From Podarcis pityusensis (lineage: Eukaryota): 64,000 bases of DNA. The stretch is from assembly GCA_964106645.2 (NCBI GenBank), contig OZ067039.1; one strand, 5' to 3'. Below the pieces are notes generated by a model. That model saw only the letters and a list, made by a program, of their open reading frames with translations. It had not been told where the DNA came from and made no database searches. The translations under genes were made by a program, and so were the position numbers. Position 1 is the first letter of the stretch. The number at the start of each line of letters is the position of its first letter. This document shows positions 23,486 to 33,596 of this stretch, in pieces.

Positions 23486-23726
23486 CAGTGGTACATCTAG
23501 TTATGACCCTAATTCATTCCGCATGTCCATTCTTAACCTGAAACTGTTCTTAACTAGAGGCGTGCTTTCGCTAATGGGGCCTCTTGCTGCCGCTGCGCCG
23601 CTGGCACACAATTTCCGTTCTCATCCTGGGGCAAAGTTCTCAGCTCGAGGTAACTCTAGCAGGTTAGTGGAGTTTGTAACCTGAAGCGTTTGTAACCTGA
23701 GGTGTTTGTAACTCGAGGTACCACTG
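23486..23726. mobile_element. Tc1/mariner (Tigger/pogo-like) MITE, 241 bp
   Basis: TA|CAGTGGTACATCTAGTTA...TAACTCGAGGTACCACTG|TA, with subterminal TTTGTAACCTGA repeats. Confidence 0.88.
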
Positions 23727-24015
23727 TAGAACAGTATGCACATTTACCAGCTTCAGTTTATGAAAAAGTACATGCAAGTTGCCAGACAAGCGGCAGAGTC
23801 ATCTAGTTTTGAATATCTCCCCAAATATAAGATCATGCTTCAGCAATGCCAATGCAAGGCACAGCTGGTGGCAACAAGGGTTTAGCTGGCCTATAAAATG
23901 CCAGAGAGAGAGGCAACAGCCCACTGAAGCCAGGGAGAATGCAATGCCTCTCCAAAGCTGTAAAGAAATCTCAGCGTTACACTACACTACACCCATATTT
24001 TTGAGCTGCACTTAC

Positions 24016-24723
24016 CTAATATTTTGAGTTGATTGATTACACCATGGATCGTGAAAAATACCCACAGTGACTGCGAGGTATCAACGCACATCAGCATCCC
24101 ACGGTTGATCCCGTTTATTCCATGGTGCACTTCTCCATTTGGCAAGACCACAAAGCTGAGGATGTCCCCATTGTTGAGGACTGGGAAACCTCGGCAAACC
24201 ACCCAGTATTCCTTGCGATCCAGAAGGAAGTCTGGATCCGCTGGGAGCTCATTTGTTCGTAAAGTACCAGGATCACAAGAAGTGATGCCAAACGTGAGGG
24301 CTCCATAGTACGGCAGCCCCAGGTGTCCAACTTCCACAAAGAGGCTTTCGCCAATGTGCAAAGGCCGGTCGGAAAACACCAAAGTCCTATTGCTCTCTTG
24401 CCAGTTGGTGCAGGCAGACATCCGGTCCTGAGAAAAGTTAATGTCGGGCCCACGAGTAGGGTGGAAACGCAGATCTGTATCGAGAAAGGCAGGCACCACT
24501 TGGGCAAGCTGCCGTCTGCTTGGACAGCAAGGGATGGTGTGATTATCTGTTGGCAGCGCAGGCATACGGCTCAAGTTCAGATTAGCAATTTTGGCCACCA
24601 CCTGGTTGTTCTCCAGTTCGTTGTTGTTGAAGTTGGCTGAGTCGTGGCTGCTCTGTGGAAGGCAAGTGCTGAGTCGTGCGTTGCTGAGACGGGTGGAGGT
24701 CATCGTCTCGGCAAACATGCTGT
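24016..24723 (-). CDS. NEURL1B: NEURL1B exon 3, 708 nt, second NHR (Neuralized) domain
   Basis: Acceptor gcctcacAG and donor GTAAGT. Encodes (D)SMFAETM...NNELENNQVVAK...LRFHPTRG...LVFSDRPL...LLDRKEYWVV...QLKIL, phase 1-1. Confidence 0.96.
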
Positions 24724-25729
24724 CTGTGAGGCAATGAGAAGGAAAAGCTGTATTAGAGGCAAGCTGAAAATGGCAGCTTACCCTGGCTTGATCGTTGCTT
24801 TTTGGCCACTCCTTCATCATACTTAAAACATCAAATATGATACTTTTCCTAGTCCAACTGTGTTTCCAATTAAAGTGGGAAAAAGGAACATAAAGAAAAA
24901 TATCTGGAAACACAGAATTTTCAAGGCAGTTAGGAATTCTTCCATCAAACAAAGCTCCACCAATATTTGCTATTCTACGGGAGCGCTGTCCAATGGAACA
25001 CCGTACTACAAGCTGGTTGCCTGATGCAGGGGCCTCTATTCCTTGCAGACTTGTATTTGGTGCTCACAAAAAGAGACCTGTTTCTGTTCACTGCCTCACT
25101 TAATTGCAGAAAAGCAGATTCTGCAAACTACACTACCTACTTGAGAGAATAAATATTCCTTCCTCGTCTCATCTCTCTCATACCTCCGCACCCCCACCCC
25201 GTCCTTGCCAATTTAATTCATGTAAGAGAGACTGGAAAGAGTCTCTTTTAATCACTTTAGACCATTAATAATAAATTGTGTGTAATGTACTTGCATGCTA
25301 AAATAGCAGTAGTGACCTTTAAAAAAATGTTTCAAAGCACACTAGACTATTTGTTACTGACAGGCTATGTGAACAAGCGACAAACTCTTTCCCAGCACAA
25401 CTTCCCATCTGATAGTGCCCAATGTAAACAAAAAAACAAAAAAACCCACAAACATTTCTAGCCCCAAAGCATAAAACTAGAAGCACATCACTCCATATGA
25501 ACCATTCCCCTGTATAGTTATTGAGAGTTGATAACGAGAAAAAGAATGGGTATGAGGAAAGCAAAGGGCAAGATACTTCGGCAAATTTTGATTTAGGACA
25601 TTCAGATTTCTAAAAGGAAGAATCATCATAAGATTATTTCCCCAAAATCTTAGATCTATAATCTGGGGGCCACTACCTAGACAGTAATTCATGCTGAAAT
25701 CATGGCATGACTTGTGGATGGCAGCTTAA

Positions 25730-25820
25730 GGCTGCAGTACTGTGCGTGCTTACTTAGGAATAAAACACACTGAATTAAGTGGGATTTACTTCTGGGAAAA
25801 CGTACACAGGTTTACACTGT
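25730..25820. mobile_element. ~90-bp palindromic MITE (GGCTGCAATCC-type family)
   Basis: GGCTGCAGTAC...CTTAC...CACTGAATTAAGTGGGATTTACTTCTG...AGGTTTACACTG. Related copies near 31.75, 41.2, 43.1, 45.2, 51.2 and 61.0-61.2 kb. Confidence 0.6.
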
Positions 25821-28039
25821 TAAACTTGATTTTAAGTTACACATAACTCTGCTGCATTTGCATGTATTTTAGCCTCCTTAAAAGTGGAAATGTATTGAAA
25901 ATTTATCTGAAGTGCTTAAAGTTGATTATCAATGCAATATATGGAAAAATCAAATGTATAAACAGCTTTCAATTTTGATTAGCCACATAGCTTTTCTTGA
26001 CAGAAGGAATCTGGGAGGGGGTGTTAAAGTAAAGCCTGTCTTCCTCCTCAGGATCTCAAGTAGCCAGTTCAATATTTCAAAGGAGTGGCTTTCTCTAATT
26101 GCTTAAGTCATAAAAGCTTCACATCTACAATCTTAAGAGTTGATATAATGAATTCGTACATAGTGCATCCTGCTTTGTGAAGCATCTACAGTTCTATATT
26201 TGGGATACCCTCTGTTCCCGTCTTCCAGCCACTCCCCAATTACTGACACTACAAAAGTGATCCAACTTGGCCCTCACTTTCTCTTACATTTCTACCTGTA
26301 AAATGGTAATAATAGTGATCTATTTCATATGGATGCTCTGAAGGGAAAGAGGCGGCCAAGCACTTTTGAAGGCTCTAATCAAAATTCAGCAAGAGTTAAG
26401 TGCTGTTATGCTCATTTATTTTAATGGGCTTTTGGCACACAGTCCAAATTAATTGACTGTGGCCAACAAGTGCTATAGCACATTGTAAACTATAGTTCCA
26501 CAGACTACAGGGGGAGGGAGAAATGGCCTCGCTTCTACCTGCTGCCTCCACTGACAAGCTAGCCATTGTATAATTCACTTCATAGGAGCTGTGCTCCTTC
26601 AACTCTACCCAGGGTCATAATGCAGGATCTAACACACCACAGACCATAGCTTTCTGACAAGGCTTAGTAGGGCACAGTGAAAATGTAAAGACAATTTTCA
26701 GAATCACGCTAGGTCTTGGTATGGCATAAATACCCACTTATGCAAGGCACAGAATAAATTTCAATAGCCTTTTGGCAAGGCACTTTACTATTCATAGGTG
26801 ATTGTTTAATTTTAAGCAGGAAAAGTGTCCCTTGTTTGGGGTGTGGAAGGACATGGAAAGGGGGCTTTAGAATTTGGGGAGATGGGGAGAGGTTGTGGTG
26901 GTGGTTTTCAAAATTTTAAGAGCCCCAATTTAAACTGTGCCTATTTAAGAATGATTTGAACTATTCTCCATTAATGCATTCATTATGTCATTATTGCTGA
27001 AGCTACGTTATCTTTAACAATCATGTCCACAATTAAGATGACAGGAATGCCAAATCTGTCCTTTGAAGTCAACTGTAGAGCTGCAGATATGTGCAGTAAA
27101 CCAATACCAGAAAGGGGGGAGGGGGTTGTGACAGCTTTATTCAGATAAAGCTGTCATTAGACGCATGTATTAGTGCTCATGTTCTGAGAACACTGGAGGC
27201 AGCAGATTACATCACAGGCAGCATCCAAGATCCCTAGTGCTTTGTAAACACATACTATCAGGCTTGTCTATAAGGACAAAAATAAGTCCACAATCATGGC
27301 TCATTGAGCTGTATTTCTAGGTACGCCAACTGAAGCCAAGCTATCACCTGAGCTCTACAGGACAAGGTGATAAATCAAGAGTGAGGAATCTCTTGCCTGG
27401 ACGGAATAGATTCAAGAAGAGGAAAAACCCAATGCTTTGGAAAAGCTTCCAAACTCTTGGAAAGAGAATTACAACATTGCTGCCCTCGCTGGAGTCCTCT
27501 GATAAGCAGAGAAGCTGGCGTTTCTCTTGTGTCAAGGTGCTGTGCTTTCTAAAAAACCTTGATAGGGCAGGAATGCCACATGAGAGGCTCTAAGTGGCCG
27601 TCACAGGAGATAATGGTTATAAAGCCTGAGCTGGAGAGGGAGGATGAGTCATGGCACTGAATGGTACACACAGCTGGCAATCTGTGGAGCCAATGCAAGG
27701 GGAAAAGGCCTCATGTCATTGGCTTGGTCTCCTTGGTTGTGGGGCTCACAGATCCAAAAGTTAAAAGCTATCTCACACCAAGGGCACCAATGCAACAAAT
27801 ACACCTGCAGTTTTATCAAGTGAGTTTATGTAATAGGAACAGGCTACCAATATAAATACTATGAGCAGTTTCTGGCATTGGTTTTAAATTTCTGAAGTGT
27901 TGGCGTATTAATTTAGGCAACTGTAATTGGGGAAAAAATATCTGTTGCCAGCTTATCTGCCCCATGGTGCAATCCAATTTAACCACGAGGGAGCTGAATG
28001 CCCACCTGAAGATTTCACATTTGCAAGCAGGGGCTTGCT

Positions 28040-28206
28040 TATTTCATTTATTTATTACATTTACATTCCACCTTTCCTCCAAGAGCTCTTGGTGGCACAT
28101 CTGGTTCTTTCCTTCTCCATTATTATCCTCACAGCAAGCCTGTGAGGTAGGCTTGGCAGAGAGACTGTAAGCTTCATACCTAAGTAGGGATTTGAACCCG
28201 AGTCCC
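28040..28206 (-). mobile_element. Older tRNA-derived SINE (MIR/Squam3-related), degraded
   Basis: (TTTA)n tail on the left, ATCCTCACAGCAAGCCTGTGAGGTAGG core and reverse B box GGGATTTGAACCC. Related copy at 63320-63443. Confidence 0.65.
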
Positions 28207-28219
28207 AGTAACAGTGTTA

Positions 28220-28576
28220 GGGACACAGGTGGTGCTGTGGGTTAAACCACAGAGCCTAGGACTTGCTGATCAGAAGGTCGGCGGTTCGAATCCCTGTGAC
28301 AGGATGAGCTCCCGTTGCTCAGTCCTTGCTCCTGCCAACCTAGCAGTTTGAAAGCACCTCAAAGTGCAGGTAGATAAATAGGTACCGCTGTGGCGGGAAT
28401 GTAAACGGTGTTTCCGTGCACTGCTCTGGTTCGCCAGAAGTGGCTTAGTCATGCTAGCCACATGACCCGGAAGCTGTACGCCGGCTTCCTCGGCCAAAGC
28501 GAGATGAGTGCCGCAACCCCAGAGTTGGCCACGACTGGACCTAATGGTCAGGAGTCCCTTTACCTTTACCTTTACC
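28220..28576 (+). mobile_element. Full-length Sauria SINE (Squam1) with 11-bp TSD
   Basis: GGGACACAGGTGGTGCTGTGGGTTAAACC head, B box GGTTCGAATCC and (ACCTTT)n tail. CCCAGTAACAG occurs at 28204-28214 and 28575-28585. Confidence 0.93.
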
Positions 28577-28743
28577 CAGTAACAGGACTGGATGAAAATG
28601 AAAATGCAAGCTTCGTATCCGGGCTTTACACTTTACAACATAAGCACCGCTACCTATCTCACACAGCTTGTTCTGAGAGAAGGGAAACATGACGAAAGGG
28701 TCTATACAGAAGGAGATTTTTTTAACAGACCATATACACCTAC

Positions 28744-29304
28744 CTAGTATTTGCACTTCATGAGTGATTCCATAGACATCTATCAGTGCCCAGAGAGGCC
28801 CGGAGACTTTGACGCCACAGTGAAACAGAATTGGCTCTTCGTCATTAACGCTATAGAAAACTCTCCCATGGCGGTCGACCCAGAACGCCAAGATGTTGTC
28901 TCTTAGTGCAAACCTCTCTGGCAGGGCTTTGGCCCAGAAGCCTGGCCGCGTCACCAGGTCTGGGCAGGCGTATTTTGGTATGTCGTCTGCGCTCATCTGC
29001 GATGGATCGTGAGTGGTGAAGCCAAAGCGCAGGGCCCCGCTCCACCCGTGGTGCACGGACACCAGCTTGAGACGCACTTTCTCGTAGAGGTGGATGGGCC
29101 GGTTGGTGAAAGTGACGCCATTGCAGAAACTGTTCCTCCGAGTGGCTTTGCGGGAATGGGCATCCAGGCGTATGTTTTTTCCTTTGGCCTGGAAATGGAA
29201 TCGCGGAGGTTCAGTAATGGTGAGGACAGACCGCCTCTCATGGCTACTGTTAGGCAGTGTGTAATAAGGCCTGTGGGATACAGAGCGAGCCTGTTGACTG
29301 GTGT
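28744..29304 (-). CDS. NEURL1B: NEURL1B exon 2, 561 nt, first NHR domain
   Basis: Acceptor tatttgcAG and donor GTAGGT. Encodes (D)TSQQARSVSHRPYY...PRFHFQAKGKNIRLD...RRNSFCNGVTFTNRPI...GWSGALRFGFT...LWALIDVYGITHEVQIL, phase 1-1. Confidence 0.96.
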
Positions 29305-29779
29305 CTGCAAATAATAATAAAAAAAAACAGGAAGAAGAGACATTGTTAGGAATTTGCTAATTTAGGTTGCAATGCTAAGAAAACTGCTCGCCCCCCCCCC
29401 CCCCAGCTACTGATATGTGCAGATTCTAGGCTAGATTTTAACAGACTAATCAGATACAAACACACTCCTTATTTGGACAAAGTTCCTCTGCTCCCTGTTC
29501 TTGTAATCCTAGTAAGAATGACATTTTTCCAGTGGAGAAAAATTCTGTCTCTCAGCCAGTGTTCAGCTGGAACTAGTTTTTAAATGAATACATTGCTAGA
29601 CACAACTGACACCTCAATAGAAACACACACACACAAAAACTTAGCACACTAGGTTGAGGTGGGGAGATCCAAACTGCAGTAGTCACACTGCTACATTTGG
29701 GGCCAAAAGAGGAACTGACTAGACAATTTCATTGCTGACATAAACAGATTTGCTCAACAACTGCTTCTATAATTTAAAA

Positions 29780-30008
29780 CATGGGTAGGCAAACTAAGGT
29801 CTGGGAGCCAGAGCCGGCCCAATTGCCTTCTAAACCAGCCCATGGATGGTCTGGGAATCAGCCTGTTTTTACATGAGTAGAATGTGTCCTTTTATTTAAA
29901 ATGCATCTCTGGGTTATTTGTGGGGCGTAGGAATTCATTCATTATTATTTTTTTCAAAATACAGTTCGGCCCCCCACAAGGTCTCCTGAAAAAGTTTGCT
30001 GACCCCTG
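29780..30008. mobile_element. hAT (Charlie-like) MITE with 8-bp TSD
   Basis: Termini CATGGGTAGGCAAACT...AGTTTGCTGACCCCTG. Flanks ATTTAAAA / ATCTAAAA match 7/8. Confidence 0.88.
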
Positions 30009-31379
30009 ATCTAAAACTTGGGGCAATTGTTAAGTAGGCATCCCAGAAGAGAGAAAGCAGCCAGTCTGGAGCCCTGTACCCCAGACAGCCTATGTGTGCT
30101 ACGTGAGAGCAGAGAGGAAGACTGACATAAAGAGAAGCTGCCGATATGTGATAATATTACTTGCTGCCACCCTTCTGTCTCTACTTGGTCCCCAATACAT
30201 GTCCTGTTGGAAGTGACTTGAAGCAACAGTGCCCCCCTCTACCCATGAACTCAGAAGCAGACAGGTAGATTGTATGTTTGAAACAATGACAGCATATCAA
30301 CAAAAGGAGGTGGCAGATTTATCTTAGTGGCACTGAACACCTCCAAGATGACCTGCCCATCATTTAAAAAGAGAAAGTGAGTCACCAAGTTAGTAACTAA
30401 TCTGCAATCAACTGTTGGACCACCCCAGGCAACCAAGCATTTAACCATCCCTAAAAGGCCCCTGGTTCTGAGCTCTAAGTGCTATCTTTGGCCTGCTTAG
30501 TATCCACAACATGCTTTGTAGCTCTAAGAACTAGTTTTCAATTGTATGTTGCTTCAAATGTTGGCTGCTGATGGCTTAAATTCTGAAAATCCATTTGGGG
30601 CATCATAATTGTGTTTTAGCATAAGCAGCATGCATTTTCCCTTATCCAATCTTTATTACACTGAACTACAAAATAAAATAGGGCCGTCAGAAACCCCCAA
30701 AGCTAAATGAAGCAGCCCTAGGGCGGAGGTGGGGGAAATTGGCTCCTAATGAAACTGTTTTTGTAAGTCTGTCCTATGACTTCCCCTTATGGCAGGAACA
30801 GTGTCATGGCAAATATTCAGTAATCATTTCCCTTATTTTTAATGAACGACACACACACAAAATAGCTCAGTGAGACAAGATTAAAGCTTCCACCCTAATA
30901 AACCTCAAACACAAATGTCAAAACAGTTTTATTGTAATTGCAAGTAGCCACATGCCGAAATATTAACATAGCTGGAAAACAAAACTGCACTAAGGTCCTG
31001 CTTGGCACTTTATACTTGGGAGGAATAGGGATTTGTTTAAATATATTTTAAAATACCTTCACAGCAGGAGCTTCAATATTTTTGAATTGATATTGTGCAA
31101 GTGACAATTGTTTCAAATAATGGCAACACCTCTCCTTAAAAACAAACAACACATTCCTAACATTTGTGACTTACTTCTTTTACTTAACAGTAATTAAAAT
31201 GCATACCAAAAAGTATTAGCTGACCTCAGCAGCCACACACTAAACAGCCCAGAAGAATTCTACTTCACAATTGATTTCTGCCAATTCTCTCCCATTATTT
31301 CCCTCCCAACAGCCAGACAGGCTCTTTTGATTGTATAAAAGTGCATTCAGAAAAAGCCCAGTCAGGTGTTGCACTCCTA

Positions 31380-31642
31380 AGCCACGTCCACACCATACAT
31401 TTAAAGCATTATGATACCGCTTTAAACAGTCATGGCTTCCTCCAAATAATCCTGGGAATTCACAGAGCTGCCATTTTCCAGAGTGGTTAAACAATCAATC
31501 CCTCTTCACAAGAACTCTATGTATTGTAGCTCTCTGTGGGGAAGAGGGGTCTCCTAACAAACTACAGCTCCCAGAATTCTTCGGAGGCCAAGGCTGTTTG
31601 AAGTGTATCATAGTGCTTTAAATGTGTGGTATGAATGCAGCC
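31380..31642. mobile_element. MITE with ~60-bp TIRs (possibly PIF/Harbinger type)
   Basis: Left CACACCATACATTTAAAGCATTATGATAC pairs with right GTATCATAGTGCTTTAAATGTGTGGTATG. TA-rich 3-bp flanks. Confidence 0.8.
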
Positions 31643-33109
31643 TAATAGTTGCAGATTCTGAAAGCATTTCACAGGGTCTCTCCTTCTCTACAGACCTTTC
31701 TATGGAAGGAGCTCAAGAATGCAATCCAACCCATTCCAGCCTGCAAACACATCCCACTGTGTTAAGTGGTGTTTATGTACAAGTAAACATGCACAGGACA
31801 GGGCAGCAAGACAGGCATCCTGTCAGTTTTGGTGAGATTATTATTTTTTTTTACCTCCCCCTTAGGACTGCCCTGCTTCCCTGCTTTTTATCTGCAGAAA
31901 TCAGCAGATGGAGGTTTTTATGGTATGGAGCTAAGCATTCTCACCTCCCAATGTCTGCAGTACAAGCTTGCAAAGGGTTTAGAAAACGTGCCAGTATAAT
32001 AATAATAATGATAAAGGAACAAAGCTGGCAACAATACCTCTTGAATGATATCTTTAGCAGGCCAAATCCTTAGCAGCAGCAGTGCCTCTCAGGAGGTTAT
32101 ACAAGCCTGTTTGTAATGTAAACATCCTGCCAAAGGATGACAGATATGTTTTAAGAAAAATTTTCCAAAAGGAGAGAACCAAGATGACTAGCAAATCTAA
32201 ATAAATAACTGGGAGGGAAGTACTTGCACTTCCCAAGTGAACCACATGGGCAATGAACCACTCTCTGGTGCAAGAGATTCAGCTGGAAGAACTGAGAGAC
32301 TAGCAACTTGCTGAAGGTGAAAATAAGTGTTTCTGGCCAGAGCGTCCTGGGAGCATCACTTCTGTTACAGTAACACCTAAGTACGTGGCAGCCATGAAGA
32401 GGTGGGAAACATAAGGTGTTTCAGGAGTTACATGGAAGAGCACATGCAAACAAGTTTATCTTTATATGAGAACTAGAAACAGAAACTGAACTCTTAAGAT
32501 ATTTCTTTTCATTACACTTATCTTAAGAATGGAGATATACGGGAAAGCATGGAGAGGCACATAATAGCGGTACACATAATGAATAGCGAGTTATAGATAG
32601 CCCCAACGGGGTAAACGTTCTCAGGCATTCAGGGCAGCGTTGTTTACACCAATAGCGGAAGCTTTATCGCCACCTTCAATAAGAGCACGATAAGGCCAGA
32701 GAACAGAATCAAAGACCGCCAGGCACAAATGCATTAAGGCCTGTGACACATACACTTTTGTGATTAAGCGGCAAACTGCTCCCACTTATCACTATTGGCC
32801 TATCCAATACACTGTACAACTTGCCTTGTGAATGGGAAAACTCTCCATCTACTTATAGTCAGTACAAGAGCGCAGTTTCTGCACAATCTGATCTAGATAT
32901 ATTGGCACTGACTGCCAAGAAAACCATTCTTAATATCTGCTTATTGAGTTTTTAATGGGTGTCCCTTCCTCCAAAATAGTCATTGTTTCATTCTTCTTAG
33001 TTGACTAATTATATAGTTGGCAACAGCCACAGTCAGACCATAACTCAACTGCCTTGTCCAGGAATGGCTGCCATAAGGAGTGGTGGAGAGAGGAATATTT
33101 CAGTAAATA

Positions 33110-33325
33110 CAGCAAGCCCACAACCTATGTGCATTTAACTTTTGCACATTCAGCTTCATGTGCGGGCAAAATAAATAAATAAAAATAGAAAGGGTGTGAG
33201 GTTCTGGGGGAAATGATTTGGGCAATCCCACTTACCATTGAGCTCAATAGATTTTGACTATGCATAATTTGGCTTTAGGCACAATCCGCCGGAACATAAC
33301 CCCTGCATAAGCTGCCTGCTTACTG
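33110..33325. mobile_element. Degenerate Tigger-like MITE
   Basis: TA|CAGCAAGCCCACAACCTATG...CATAAGCTGCCTGCTTACTG|TA. Confidence 0.55.
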
Positions 33326-33418
33326 TACATCCTGTTGTACAGCAACAAACTGTTTCACTATCTTCAAACACATTCTTCAGCACACCTTCACATAGTTTAT
33401 GATCTTAAGGTATAAAAA

Positions 33419-33449
<31 letters not shown>

Positions 33450-33466
33450 CACACACACACACACAC
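33419..33466. repeat. (GT)12-GCGCGC-(AC)9 palindromic microsatellite
   Basis: Read directly; 33425-33466 is a perfect 42-bp palindrome. Confidence 0.95.
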
Positions 33467-33540
33467 GCATCTACATTTTATATAATCCCTATCCCATTCC
33501 TTGAATGTACAAGCAGAGAAGAATATCAAGCCAAGAAATT

Positions 33541-33544
<4 letters not shown>

Positions 33545-33588
<44 letters not shown>

Positions 33589-33596
33589 GGATGGAT
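33545..33596 (+). repeat. (AGAT)11(GGAT)2 tetranucleotide repeat
   Basis: Read directly. Confidence 0.95.

Noticed and set aside
23987-24952. 321-aa ORF as a full protein
   Set aside because: Only 24723-24016 is exon; the flanking codons are open intronic sequence.
24993-25075. Imperfect nested hairpin in NEURL1B intron 2 as a pre-miRNA
   Set aside because: Stems are short with a large asymmetric bulge, and there is no recognisable mature miRNA.
28270-28497. Three near-identical 75-aa ORFs (28270, 37334, 62306) suggesting a small gene family
   Set aside because: All are the antisense reading of Sauria SINE copies.
3777-29304. Assignment to the paralogs SH3PXD2A and NEURL1, given the convergent layout
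   Set aside because: The C-termini NYLRKKP and KIYRP, and a single SH3 after the long linker, match the B paralogs.
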